NCBI GenBank assembly: GCA_965217035.1
Contig: OZ244226.1
Coordinates: 496,001 to 560,000, forward strand
From: Bacteriovoracaceae bacterium
GTDB lineage: Bacteria > Bdellovibrionota > Bacteriovoracia > Bacteriovoracales > Bacteriovoracaceae
Direction of reading: 5' to 3'
Length of the DNA stretch: 64,000 bases
Shown: positions 9,122 through 19,467 of the stretch, one piece after another
Position numbering within the stretch: the stretch's first letter is position 1
Layout of the letters: every line of letters starts with the position of its first letter
Notes under the pieces: model-generated
Databases searched by the model: none
Told to the model about the DNA's origin: nothing
The model's input: only the letters and a program-made list of their open reading frames with translations
Translations under genes and position numbers: made by a program

Positions 9122-10888
9122 TCAAAAGACTTTCATACAGGCGAGAGTAATATCATCATCAAAGTCCGTATGCTTACAGAAATCAATCATATCTTGCATA
9201 AAATAATCCAATAGATCAGAAGGTCCCATTTCTTTTTGCTTTTTAAGTTCTTTTAATAGTCTTCTTTCACCGTACATTCGACCTTTAAGATTTACAGCTT
9301 CAGTGATTCCATCGGTATAAACTAAAAGAATATCACCTGATTCAATATCAATTTCTTCAGTTTCATACTCTGAATCAAGTGCTTCTCCTAGCCTTCTTCC
9401 GATGGCAGCTTGTAAAACTTCTGATTTATCTGTGTTTTCATTCACGATAAATGGAGGGTTATGAGAAGCATTCGTATATTGCATTTTATTATTTTCAGTA
9501 TCGATGACTGCAACGAAGAAAGTCATGAGAATCTCTTGCCCTAACGAGTAAACCGCCTTATTCAAGAGCCTCATAATATTATCAGTTTGAAGAACTTGCT
9601 CATTCTCTTTAGCAAAGTCAGCAAGCAAATGAGCTGTTGAATGAACCGCACTAGTGATAAGAGCTGATCCCACTCCATGTCCAGTGGCATCCCCTAAAAA
9701 AAGGATGATCTTCCCATTGATTTCTTGAACGCCCCACCAGTCTCCCCCACACTCACTGGCCGTTTGGCAGAGACCTTTTACTTTCACTTTCCCAAAATCG
9801 ATAAGCTCTTTCGCTGGAAAGAAATAATCCTGAACCGTATTTGCAATAAGAAGCTCTTCTTGCATTCTTGCTTTTTCTTGAACTTCAGAAATATAAGCCT
9901 CTAACTTCTGCGCCATATAATCGAAACTATTTGAAAGCTGCCCAATTTCATCATTAGACTCAAAATTATTTCGAACAGAAAGATTCCCATTTGCAAGCTC
10001 AAGGGCATTACTTGTGAGCTTTTCAATTGGAGATGTAAACTTTCTAAGAAGAAGTAAGGTCACAATCCCAATCAAGGAACTCACTCCAAGAAAAATGACG
10101 AGATATTGAAAAACGAGATTATAAATTAAAGACTTACGCGATTCGATGTCTGAAAAATAACAATACTGAAAGCCAATATTTGTTTGGGAACAAGTCAGAT
10201 GATAAGTATCTTTTTGAATAGGAAGCTCTTTGACAACGAGGTTCTTTGAAAAGATTTTCAAGTCTTGAACTTTGGAAACAATGCTCTTAACCGAATTCTC
10301 TTCTATTTGTTTAAAAAGTATATTCCCGCCTTTATCATACATGAGATGCCCTGATTTCACTCCGAGCTTTGAGTCAAAAAGACTTTGAATATAAACCGTT
10401 TCAAAAACAAGAGAAAGGTTCGAAACACCTTTTTCTAACTCTTTAGTTAATCGAATTCCTTTACCAGAATCACTGGGAGTAATAAGGTAAGAATTTTCAC
10501 CGAGAAAAATTGTATCTGATTTGAACTTTGAAAATTGTGAGGCGACTTCCTTATTTTTAGTATAAATTTTTTGAGTTTTGCTATTCTCTTCCAACTCAAC
10601 ACTTTGAAGAAGGCTAAATTGTCTAAAAAAACTTGAATTTTCAGGGATGAGTCTTCCTGCGTAATATTCATTTTCAATAATAGAACTGATTAAAAGAATT
10701 TTCTCTCCATAACCTTTTAAGTACTCGGAGTTTGTAACGTTCTGAAAAGCGATACTCTCTTTAAGTTGATTAGTTTTGTCATTAATCACTAAATTAAGAG
10801 TGAAGTAACCAAAAATAGAGATTAACAGAGTAATCAGGAAAAGCTCAAAAAGAAGACATTTTAACCTTATACTATTTATTTTTATCAT
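9122..10888 (-). CDS. Membrane HAMP + SpoIIE/RsbU PP2C phosphatase
   Basis: Two TM segments, HAMP (DEIGQLSNSFDYM), GGDWW, GDATGHG, YTDGITEA, DDDIT. Confidence 0.9.
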   Translation of the reverse strand: MIKINSIRLKCLLFELFLITLLISIFGYFTLNLVINDKTNQLKESIAFQNVTNSEYLKGYGEKILLISSIIENEYYAGRLIPENSSFFRQFSLLQSVELEENSKTQKIYTKNKEVASQFSKFKSDTIFLGENSYLITPSDSGKGIRLTKELEKGVSNLSLVFETVYIQSLFDSKLGVKSGHLMYDKGGNILFKQIEENSVKSIVSKVQDLKIFSKNLVVKELPIQKDTYHLTCSQTNIGFQYCYFSDIESRKSLIYNLVFQYLVIFLGVSSLIGIVTLLLLRKFTSPIEKLTSNALELANGNLSVRNNFESNDEIGQLSNSFDYMAQKLEAYISEVQEKARMQEELLIANTVQDYFFPAKELIDFGKVKVKGLCQTASECGGDWWGVQEINGKIILFLGDATGHGVGSALITSAVHSTAHLLADFAKENEQVLQTDNIMRLLNKAVYSLGQEILMTFFVAVIDTENNKMQYTNASHNPPFIVNENTDKSEVLQAAIGRRLGEALDSEYETEEIDIESGDILLVYTDGITEAVNLKGRMYGERRLLKELKKQKEMGPSDLLDYFMQDMIDFCKHTDFDDDITLACMKVF

Positions 10889-10909
10889 GTGTATAATTAT
10901 CTTATAAAC

Positions 10910-12349
10910 ATGAGTGAAAACAAGATGATGGAACATTTGGATCTTAAACCTTCCGGTCAAAACAGAGTTGAAAATGTCGTACTCGGATTACTTGTATTAA
11001 CCTTCCTCAGCGCGGTCACTGTCCAGGTCACTGGATACAACCCATTCATTAATCAACTGAATCAAGGAACCAAAATCGTTGGCGAAATCATCAATTCTCA
11101 AAATGAAGTAAAGATGAAGAAATATGGTGAGATCATATGGAATAACCATGATGGAAAGATCTACGAGAATTCTCAGTTAATGACAGGACCAAACTCTTCT
11201 GCAAAGCTTAAAATTGACGACCAGGAAGTTATAGTTGCTCCAAACACGATCATCGAATTCAAAAAGAAAGACACTCTTAATACGTTAATTAATATCCAAG
11301 AAGGTGATATTGGAGTTAAGGGACATACTAATAAAGTCTCTTATACCGTTAATAATCAAAGTGTCGAATCAAAAGACAATAAGTCTGCCTTCTCGCTTAG
11401 CTCGAAAGGAGTTACGAAAAGTGCTCGAGTAAAAATAAAAGAAGTGGAAGTCATTAAGCCTAAAATAATTCTTCCTCCTCCAGCAACCAATAAAGACCTT
11501 TTAATTGTTTCTCCTAGAAGAGCTGAAATTATTGACATTGAAAATAATGATATTGATTTTGCCTGGACTGGAAACGAACGAAAACCAGTAATACTCGAGA
11601 TAAGCAAAGATAAAAAATTTGAACAAGCCCCACTCTATAAGAACGAAGTTAAATTACCTAGAAAAAGAATCAAAGTTAAAGCTCAAGGAAAAGTTTATTG
11701 GCGAGTTTCAATCGGAGGCACAACTCAAAAAGCTCCCACAAGTTTCTTTTTTATGAAAAAACCAGGTAAAGCAAAATTAACTATAAACAATGAACCAGTA
11801 CTTGGTAGAAGCAATAGTATCAGGGTTGAACACACAAATGATGATCCTATCTTCCTGGAAGTCTCTAAACTAGAATCATTTAAGAAGATAGAAAAAAGAC
11901 TTGAGATAAAAAAGCAAAGACAACGAATCCGACTCAACTATCTTGGAAAAAGGTACCTTAGACTTGTCGACCGCTCTAATAATCCACTCAGCAAAACTCA
12001 AACTTACACCATAAGCCCTGACAGGTCGAAAACCAGACTCTCGTACCTGCAAAACAAAAACTCCTTGAAGTTTACTTGGGCAGATCATATCAAGAAAATA
12101 CCCGAGCTTTATTATCTACTAACCATTACGGGGAAAAATTCGACTAAAAATATCGAATCAGTTTCATCGACAGTCGAATTTGAATTACCTGCTTCAGGAG
12201 AATATACAGCTCGTCTTTTCGCCAAAGAGAAAGGAACAAAAGGTTTACTCTTGAATACAAAAAAAATACAATATAAGAGAATTAAAAAGACGGTATCCGC
12301 TAAAAAACCTGGGGCTATTAAGCTCAAAAAGGAAATTATAATTAAATGA
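10910..12349 (+). CDS. FecR-domain membrane-anchored protein with beta-rich C-terminus
   Basis: TM then LMTGPNSSAKLKI...VAPNTII FecR-like motif; start uncertain. Confidence 0.7.
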   Translation: MSENKMMEHLDLKPSGQNRVENVVLGLLVLTFLSAVTVQVTGYNPFINQLNQGTKIVGEIINSQNEVKMKKYGEIIWNNHDGKIYENSQLMTGPNSSAKLKIDDQEVIVAPNTIIEFKKKDTLNTLINIQEGDIGVKGHTNKVSYTVNNQSVESKDNKSAFSLSSKGVTKSARVKIKEVEVIKPKIILPPPATNKDLLIVSPRRAEIIDIENNDIDFAWTGNERKPVILEISKDKKFEQAPLYKNEVKLPRKRIKVKAQGKVYWRVSIGGTTQKAPTSFFFMKKPGKAKLTINNEPVLGRSNSIRVEHTNDDPIFLEVSKLESFKKIEKRLEIKKQRQRIRLNYLGKRYLRLVDRSNNPLSKTQTYTISPDRSKTRLSYLQNKNSLKFTWADHIKKIPELYYLLTITGKNSTKNIESVSSTVEFELPASGEYTARLFAKEKGTKGLLLNTKKIQYKRIKKTVSAKKPGAIKLKKEIIIK

Positions 12350-13200
12350 TTGATAATGTCCTAAACGTCCTTACTTCTAGAGAGGATCAGTTTAAGTCAG
12401 TTCTTGAATCAGACTTCTCCCTCGTTTTCAATGGCGATCTTGACGAGCATGAATTTAATCTAATTGATTACGAACACTGCTCAGAACAAGATGATGATTT
12501 CATCATTACAAACTGTGTTTATTTTTCAAGCAAAGTGGGTCTTCTTGATAAGAAGTCTTTTGGTTCCATCAAACCAGATTTTTTTCTTTGTTGTAATTTT
12601 GAAGATCTCAACTCCCACGTGAAAAGATTTATTAACTTTGCGTCCGGAGATAGCATTCTTAATGCTAAACAGGTTATTTCTAAAAACCTCACTAGCACAG
12701 CAGACCTTAAAGCACTTCATGAAGTAGCAATGAAAGATATTTCTTTTAATGCTGACCATGTTAGAGATCGATTCTTATTAATTCTTGATGAACTTTCAAG
12801 TAATACTCTCTATAACGCTCCCGTTGATGATAATGGTATTCCACTTTTTAGAAGAACGGACCGTTCCGAAGATGTCGTTCTTGAGGACAAAGAATCAATA
12901 AATGTTACTATTTCAGAAAATGATGATGAACTTCATATCTGTTGTTCTGATACTTATGGAAGTTTATTTGCCGATACAGTAAAGAACTACCTCTTTAGAG
13001 AAATCGTTGCTCCTCAACAACGTGAAGGCGGTGCCGGTATCGGACTTTCTCTCATTTTTGAGAATTGTAACTCTCTTCTTTATAACATTGAATTAAATGA
13101 AAGAACTGAAGTGACGGCAGTTATCAAGAAATTCAAGAAAAACAAAGATCATCTTCTTGCGTCTAAAGAAGTCTTTTTAACAGAAAAAGGTAGTTTTTAA
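12346..13200 (+). CDS. Histidine kinase-like ATPase (RsbW/anti-sigma-like)
   Basis: DELSSNTLYNAP (N box), DTYGS, GGAGIGLSLI (G box). Confidence 0.7.
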   Translation: MIDNVLNVLTSREDQFKSVLESDFSLVFNGDLDEHEFNLIDYEHCSEQDDDFIITNCVYFSSKVGLLDKKSFGSIKPDFFLCCNFEDLNSHVKRFINFASGDSILNAKQVISKNLTSTADLKALHEVAMKDISFNADHVRDRFLLILDELSSNTLYNAPVDDNGIPLFRRTDRSEDVVLEDKESINVTISENDDELHICCSDTYGSLFADTVKNYLFREIVAPQQREGGAGIGLSLIFENCNSLLYNIELNERTEVTAVIKKFKKNKDHLLASKEVFLTEKGSF

Positions 13201-13667
13201 TGAGTGACTATACAATTTCATCTAGTACTGAAGGAGCGATCCTAAAGTTAGCCGTTAGTGGGCAAGTGAATGAAAACTTTGCATTTGATGATCTCGATTT
13301 TTCAGATGCCGATACAGTTCAACTCGATCTTAATGAAATCTCTCTTATGAACTCCTCTGGGGTAAAGAGATGGTTTAAATTTATAGAAGCGATCCCCGCT
13401 TCAACTAAAATTATCTACCAAAATGTTCCACCCATTATTGTAACTCAGATGAATATAGTCGAAGGTTTCCTTTCTCCAAATGCTGAAGTTGAAACTTTTT
13501 ATGCTCCTTATTTTGATGATGAAAATGATGAAGAAATAAAAAGGCTGCTAAAACCCTCTGATATTGTAGATAAGAAGGCACCAGAGCTAAAAAATGATAG
13601 TGGAGAAGAACTTGAATTCGACGCCCTTGAAGAAACATATTTTAAATTTTTAGACAAACTAAAATGA
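13200..13667 (+). CDS. STAS-like anti-sigma antagonist
   Basis: SGQVNE...LDLNEISLMNSSGVKRW. Confidence 0.75.
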   Translation: MSDYTISSSTEGAILKLAVSGQVNENFAFDDLDFSDADTVQLDLNEISLMNSSGVKRWFKFIEAIPASTKIIYQNVPPIIVTQMNIVEGFLSPNAEVETFYAPYFDDENDEEIKRLLKPSDIVDKKAPELKNDSGEELEFDALEETYFKFLDKLK

Positions 13668-14386
13668 TTGATAATAAAGACCTACAACATCGTAAAATGT
13701 CAGGGACAAAAGATTTCGTTCGACTGATAAAAAAAGCACTCAAAGAAGGAAGTCCTATTTTGAGCTGGGTTACTTTCGATGGAAAAAAAATTATTAAAAG
13801 AGTTCAAGTAACCTCTTTATCAATTCCTAAAAAGTTAATCAGCATCAAGATTCCTGGAGTTGAAAATGAGTTAAAATCTTCAATCATTGAATCGCAAGTT
13901 CTTAATTTCTTTATCTCGAGCAATGCTTGTATCTTTAAGCTCGATCTCTCCAGCGCCAATGGTGACCAATTTAACTTTGAGCTCCCAGAGAATTTCCTGA
14001 GACTCGAGAGAAGGAAGCATCTGAGACTCTATTGTAAAAAGTCAGGCTATGTTCCTAACGTCTCAATGAGTAGAATTGATTTAAAACTAGTCGAAAAGAA
14101 GTATATTAAAGAATGCAATGACTTTTCTTCTTCTGGTTTCTCTATCAATGTAAACCCTGTTCAAAGTTATGACTTTGAAGTTGGTGATTACTTCAGAGAA
14201 GTAACAATTGAACATGCTCAATTCAATATAATTGCGAGTGCTTGTTTAATTTATAAAGAGAAAGACACAAAAGGAAAAAATCCTATCGACAATTGGAGAC
14301 TCGGTTTTGAGTTTCTAAACGTAACTCCAAAACAAAAGTTTCAGATCGAAAAGTTTATTATTAAACATACAGAACCTGAAATTTAG
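13664..14386 (+). CDS. PilZ-domain (YcgR-like) protein
   Basis: ERRKHLR (RxxxR), DFSSSG (DxSxxG), LGFEF. Confidence 0.8.
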   Translation: MIDNKDLQHRKMSGTKDFVRLIKKALKEGSPILSWVTFDGKKIIKRVQVTSLSIPKKLISIKIPGVENELKSSIIESQVLNFFISSNACIFKLDLSSANGDQFNFELPENFLRLERRKHLRLYCKKSGYVPNVSMSRIDLKLVEKKYIKECNDFSSSGFSINVNPVQSYDFEVGDYFREVTIEHAQFNIIASACLIYKEKDTKGKNPIDNWRLGFEFLNVTPKQKFQIEKFIIKHTEPEI

Positions 14387-15018
14387 TTCTTAGCAACTCT
14401 AGAAATATTATAGTATTGCATTGGATCGACCGTCTTGTCTTTGATTCTTATTTCGAAGTGAAGGTGATTCCCTGTTGAGTTACCAGTGCTTCCAACTTTT
14501 GCAATTTTCTGACCTCTTTGAACATGCTCACCTTTTTTAACAACATTTTTAGAGTTATGAGCATAAACTGTATGGAAACCTCTATCATGTTTGATTATGA
14601 CGACTCGACCATAGCCTCTCATCCAACCTGAATAGATAACCTTTCCTCCCCTTGCAGCAAGGATCCCTGTTCCCTTTGGGGCCGTAATATCAATCCCTTT
14701 ATGCATTCTCCAACCACGCCGTCCATAAAAAGAACTGATCCTTCTATAACTCGCTAAAGGCCAAATAAAGTCTCCTTTAGAGAAATGTGATAGATAACTC
14801 GGCTGATTAGAAATAATGCCAGCCTTAAAAGGAACAAAAATCCATTTTCCAGATTTTATCTCAGAATTATATCTTTTAATTTCATTAACTGTTGTTTTGT
14901 ACTGTTTTGCGATTTTTGGTAGTTCACTCTTTGATTTTAGATGAACATAACGACCGCTATTCATACTCGAACAACTTATTAAAATCACTGGTAATATGAA
15001 TTTAAAAACCCAACTCAT
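14383..15018 (-). CDS. nlpD: LysM + M23 peptidase lipoprotein (NlpD-like)
   Basis: Lipobox, LysM-like segment, HKGID, YAH, HLHFE; downstream of surE. Confidence 0.85.
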   Translation of the reverse strand: MSWVFKFILPVILISCSSMNSGRYVHLKSKSELPKIAKQYKTTVNEIKRYNSEIKSGKWIFVPFKAGIISNQPSYLSHFSKGDFIWPLASYRRISSFYGRRGWRMHKGIDITAPKGTGILAARGGKVIYSGWMRGYGRVVIIKHDRGFHTVYAHNSKNVVKKGEHVQRGQKIAKVGSTGNSTGNHLHFEIRIKDKTVDPMQYYNISRVAKN

Positions 15019-15790
15019 TATTCATCCTCTCAATCAATTTCGTAACTTCATCAAAGTTTTTATCTCTTCCCAGTAGGTCCAGAGGTGTTATAGAAATGTA
15101 ACCAGAATCGATCTTTTCACAATCAGTGTTTCCATCAGTCTTTTCATCGCCCTCATGATTTCCAGCGATCCAATAATAGTCTCGCCCGCGAGAGTCGATA
15201 CGATGCTCTATATTCTCAGAATAGTTTCGAAAGCCCAGTCTCGTAACAGCAAAACCCTTAATTTCTTGCCAAGGAAGGTTTGGTACATTTACATTTACCA
15301 TCGAGAACTGAGGAATAGCTTTCTGAATATCTCTTTTAACAAGCTCATTCACGGCCTTAGCCGCGGTATCATAATATTTTATTTCTTCTTTTCGATAGAA
15401 ACTACAAACAAGACTTACTGCCACTGAAGGATAATGATGAAAGGATCCTTCTCTTGCTGCAGCCATCGTCCCTGAATAGTATAGGTCTTGAGCCATGTTC
15501 GCCCCCCTATTAATTCCAGAGATTATGATATCAGGTTTTCGATCTCTGAGCACGTGACCTATCCCCATAAGAACACAGTCAGCAGGAAAACCAGAACAAC
15601 TATAAACTTGTTCTTGAATTTCATGCAACCTGAGTGGACGATCGAGGTTAAGGCTATGCCCAGTTGTCGAGCGCTCTCCTGCTGGAGCAATAACCCATGT
15701 TTCATGCCCTTCAGATCTTAAACTTTTATAAAGTTCTATAATTCCAGGTGCATTCACTCCATCATCATTACTTACTAAAATACGACTCAT
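15002..15790 (-). CDS. surE: 5'/3'-nucleotidase SurE
   Basis: ILVSNDDG, SGINRGAN, YSGT. Confidence 0.96.
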   Translation of the reverse strand: MSRILVSNDDGVNAPGIIELYKSLRSEGHETWVIAPAGERSTTGHSLNLDRPLRLHEIQEQVYSCSGFPADCVLMGIGHVLRDRKPDIIISGINRGANMAQDLYYSGTMAAAREGSFHHYPSVAVSLVCSFYRKEEIKYYDTAAKAVNELVKRDIQKAIPQFSMVNVNVPNLPWQEIKGFAVTRLGFRNYSENIEHRIDSRGRDYYWIAGNHEGDEKTDGNTDCEKIDSGYISITPLDLLGRDKNFDEVTKLIERMNNELGF

Positions 15791-16467
15791 AGATCCTTCT
15801 CAATATTAGATATAACAGATTGTACTTTGGTAAACTTATTTAAAAAGGTTGATTCATCAATCGATCGGTAATGACTCTCAACCTTATTAGATATTGTTAA
15901 GATATATTGATTAATTTGAAACCATTTATAAAGGTTGTGAGGAACAACCTCATCCCAATCAACTTTAAGAGAAATTTCTAGATCATTTCTTTGATTACTC
16001 AAAATAAGGCGATGAAGAAATGTTAGATAATCGGAATAAATTCCTTCATCAGCCAAATCGAGAAGAAATTGATTGTTTAAAATAAGTCCCTTTAATTGAG
16101 GAGTCATAATCGCTTTTTCGATATCATCAATTTCTTCAACTTGGAGAAAAAAAGGGGTATCAAGTTTTTTGTAGTCGAGATCTTGCCGAAAATATTCTAA
16201 TTCAAAAGAACATTTTCCAGAGATATAGCTTGCAAGTTTTCCATAAATTTCTGACATCACAAGATTGCTATCTTCAGAAAAAAGAAGTCTAAAGTTTTTA
16301 AACTTTGATCCCCATTTTTCTAAAAGATCTTGGCAGTGATAGACGGGAAGAAAATTAAAACTTCTAGGTCTAAAGTCGAGTGTAATTTCGCTAACATTAT
16401 TATTATGTGCGATTTCGAATGATTGATCGTTATAGACTCCTTCGAGTCTTATTTCTTGATTCGCCAT
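15787..16467 (-). CDS. Hypothetical protein, possibly a degenerate TrpF-like TIM barrel
   Basis: N-terminus IRLEGVYN...LDFRPRSFNF loosely parallels TrpF KICGIT...FIF..SPR; catalytic Cys absent. Confidence 0.55.
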   Translation of the reverse strand: MANQEIRLEGVYNDQSFEIAHNNNVSEITLDFRPRSFNFLPVYHCQDLLEKWGSKFKNFRLLFSEDSNLVMSEIYGKLASYISGKCSFELEYFRQDLDYKKLDTPFFLQVEEIDDIEKAIMTPQLKGLILNNQFLLDLADEGIYSDYLTFLHRLILSNQRNDLEISLKVDWDEVVPHNLYKWFQINQYILTISNKVESHYRSIDESTFLNKFTKVQSVISNIEKDL

Positions 16468-16487
16468 CTTTACTATTCTAACTCAGC

Positions 16488-17057
16488 TCAGGAAAACAAG
16501 CAGCTGAGTATATTTTGACTATCTTCCGTCCCGATCGATTCAGGATGAAACTGAAAGCTCACACAATTGCCCTGAGCTGATGCCATCAATTCATCTTCTG
16601 AATAAAGACAATTCCACTCAGAAATAACCTTTTGATCTAAACTACTTACGTCAACTACTAGGGAGTTGTATCTTTGAACAAATAATGAATCTTTTTTTGT
16701 TCGAAAGAATTTTTGCCAATAGGAATTAAGTTCAAGACTCACTGCTTGTCCGTGGAGAGGTCGTTTTGAATGTAAAACATCCCCTCCGAGTATAGACCAA
16801 ATGATTTGATGGCCAAGACAAATTCCACAAACTCGAACAGAGGAATTATTTAAAATACTTTTAACTTTCGGAAATATTTTATGGTATTCATCTGGATGAC
16901 CTGGGCCAGGACCAAGAATTATTTGGTCTTGATCTGCCGGTTCAAAATTAAGAAGTTCTGCAAACCTCAAGACTTCTACTTCTTTTTTGAAATGAGTCCA
17001 GATTTCATTTGCGATATTGAAAGTAAAGCTATCTTCAAAGTCAAAAAGATATACCAC
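16488..17057 (-). CDS. Class I glutamine amidotransferase (PabA/TrpG-like)
   Basis: DFEDSFTFNI, GPGPGHP, GICLGHQ, QFHPES; GTG start next to the lptD stop. Confidence 0.9.
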   Translation of the reverse strand: MVYLFDFEDSFTFNIANEIWTHFKKEVEVLRFAELLNFEPADQDQIILGPGPGHPDEYHKIFPKVKSILNNSSVRVCGICLGHQIIWSILGGDVLHSKRPLHGQAVSLELNSYWQKFFRTKKDSLFVQRYNSLVVDVSSLDQKVISEWNCLYSEDELMASAQGNCVSFQFHPESIGTEDSQNILSCLFS

Positions 17058-17058
17058 T

Positions 17059-19467
17059 TTAGAAGATCCTTCTAATCCTACGATAAAAGCTAGGATTACC
17101 AAGATTAAGAGAAAAATCGATGGAAAAGTTCTCATCATTGATCGTTTTAATATAACCAAACGAAACCAACCAACAATCATTTTCTGGAGCAAAATTAAGA
17201 GCATACCTCTTTAAAGTTGTTTCTTCTGCTTCTAAATCTCTCGTTTCTTGAAGTAAAAGAATCATTTCATCAGTGAATGCAATATCGATTCCCCAGGTAT
17301 AGACTTTTGCATTACTAAAATCATTATAGTCGATAACATTAAGAACCCTTACAAGATCAAAATCATTTTTCATCGAGAAAGTTAAAATATTTTTATTATC
17401 TTGATGGAAGAAAAATTCTTCCAATGAAAGATTTAGATATTTACCGAAGTTTATACCAAGATCAACCCCAAGTCGTGTCAGCCTATCTGATTCACTTCTA
17501 TTATCTTCATTGAGCTCGACCCCTTGAGAAAGATTAAAATAGAAAACTCTTCTATAATCAAAGTTATCATTGAGGAAAAGACCATCTTCAACACTATCAA
17601 AGCTTCGTGGTGATTTCTCTATAAGACTATTATTCCATTGCAACTCAATTGTATTTTGTGGAGAAACTTGAGTTCTTGTTTCCCTTTCCCCCAATAAGAA
17701 CTCTTGACTTCGAATAGCATCATGATAGTCGAACCATCCTTCAATATTTGAAATTTGCGTTCTAAACTTCTCATTTCCCCATTCTTTTTCTCCAGGAATA
17801 AAATGATGAATGATTTTATAGTCTTGAAGATGTTTATAACCTTTATAAATGACTTCAGTAGCCTTCTCTGCTTCTTCTTGAGAGAACTTCGGTATTTTTC
17901 CAATCGTCTTCAAGTCACCTTCGACTTCCTTTACTTCACCTAAATTCTTAACATTAATTTTCTCTCGGTAAGCAAGTCCATAAATTTTATCAACACCAAA
18001 GGAGAACTCAGTTCTTAAGAGACCACTATATTTTCTAAAGTTTCGTTGGTCATCTCTTCTAAAATCATAGTTTTGAAACCCTAGCTCATAAGTTGTATCA
18101 AAATCAAAGACCCCATTATCAAATAAACTTAAATGAAGATGAGGTTGAAAGTTTAACCTCGTCGCATTTCTTAAGGGATCATCATTATCTAATTGAAACT
18201 GATCAAAATTATTTTGACGAAAGTCTGTGATTTCAAACTCTCCTCCAATATAAAAAAGATTAAAGAAGTCACTTCTCGTTTTAAAAATTCTTAATGGCGT
18301 AAAAGCATATTCAAAGCTAGGAAGAAGAGACACCATATTATCAGAAAAATCAGAAATACCGTTATAAAATCTTGCATCGTCTTGTAAGAGAGTTTTCTTC
18401 ATCGAGGCTTCAATTCCAACTTCACCTGTCTCAAATCGATAATTATAAAAGCCCTGGCTCCCATATTCCGACTCGATAATTTTTTCATTTGAATACAGAG
18501 GATTATCATTTGGAAAATCAAGATCACTCAAGTCAAAAATTTTAAGATAAGCATTTTCATTATTCGTTCTTCGATAGTTCAACTCTGAGTTAATTAGATA
18601 TCGGTCTAACTCATCATTAAAATCTTGAAGATAAAACTCATCTCTTAAATAACGAGTTTCGAACTGATAATTCGAGACTCCATTAAAAGCTTTTCGAAAT
18701 TCGGCATCGCTACCAAGTCCTCTCTCTGCCCAAATCGTTGGGGTCAGGGTCATATCGGTTGACTGATTAATCGCCCAGAACCAAGGTTGAGCGAATGAGA
18801 AACCTTGTGTGTTACGAATAGAAAACTGAGGGAAAAGTAATCCCGTTTCTCGATCTACTTTAATGGGAAAAATAATATAGGGAAGATAAAAAGCATCTGC
18901 TCCTTTAATCCTCATTAAAGCATTCGTAATCTTTACATATTTATTAACAGTGATCTCTACTTTTTCTCCATAGACAGTCCATGACTCAGTACAATCTTTG
19001 CACGTAGTAAATTCCGCCTCATAAGCGATATAATTTTCAAGACTTGTTTTTTCGACCTTCCTTGCAACAATTCGATAAGCTGGCGTGAACATTCTCGCAT
19101 TATCAATATGCATATTTTCAGTCGAAGCATTATAGTTCAGATAAGTTCCATACAGAGTGAGATCTTTCGTTAAATAGCGAACATTTCCATTGATTTCAAA
19201 GAGACTTTTATTCATGTCAAAGCGTGCAGCATGACCGTAAAGAGTTTCTTCTCCGTGCAAAATGACAGTATTTCCTATGGCCTCAAAAATTTTTCCTTGA
19301 TCACGGCGAATCGCTTTTTTAGCAAAAACACTAATTTTATCACCGACTTGAAATTGTAATTTTGATTTTGCGAAACTACTGAGAGGATTGATAGTGATAC
19401 TGATAAACAGAACCAATAAAATAATTGGAGCCAGATACCAGGATATTTTTATTTCTAATTTCTTCAC
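17059..19467 (-). CDS. lptD: LPS-assembly protein LptD
   Basis: Signal peptide, OstA-like N-terminus, FTTC, RETGLLFP, PWFWAI, DCW barrel end. Confidence 0.9.
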   Translation of the reverse strand: MKKLEIKISWYLAPIILLVLFISITINPLSSFAKSKLQFQVGDKISVFAKKAIRRDQGKIFEAIGNTVILHGEETLYGHAARFDMNKSLFEINGNVRYLTKDLTLYGTYLNYNASTENMHIDNARMFTPAYRIVARKVEKTSLENYIAYEAEFTTCKDCTESWTVYGEKVEITVNKYVKITNALMRIKGADAFYLPYIIFPIKVDRETGLLFPQFSIRNTQGFSFAQPWFWAINQSTDMTLTPTIWAERGLGSDAEFRKAFNGVSNYQFETRYLRDEFYLQDFNDELDRYLINSELNYRRTNNENAYLKIFDLSDLDFPNDNPLYSNEKIIESEYGSQGFYNYRFETGEVGIEASMKKTLLQDDARFYNGISDFSDNMVSLLPSFEYAFTPLRIFKTRSDFFNLFYIGGEFEITDFRQNNFDQFQLDNDDPLRNATRLNFQPHLHLSLFDNGVFDFDTTYELGFQNYDFRRDDQRNFRKYSGLLRTEFSFGVDKIYGLAYREKINVKNLGEVKEVEGDLKTIGKIPKFSQEEAEKATEVIYKGYKHLQDYKIIHHFIPGEKEWGNEKFRTQISNIEGWFDYHDAIRSQEFLLGERETRTQVSPQNTIELQWNNSLIEKSPRSFDSVEDGLFLNDNFDYRRVFYFNLSQGVELNEDNRSESDRLTRLGVDLGINFGKYLNLSLEEFFFHQDNKNILTFSMKNDFDLVRVLNVIDYNDFSNAKVYTWGIDIAFTDEMILLLQETRDLEAEETTLKRYALNFAPENDCWLVSFGYIKTINDENFSIDFSLNLGNPSFYRRIRRIF

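Noticed and set aside
17058..17204. Long N-terminal extension of the PabA/TrpG ORF
   Set aside because: Overlaps the lptD 3' end; family similarity starts at GTG 17057
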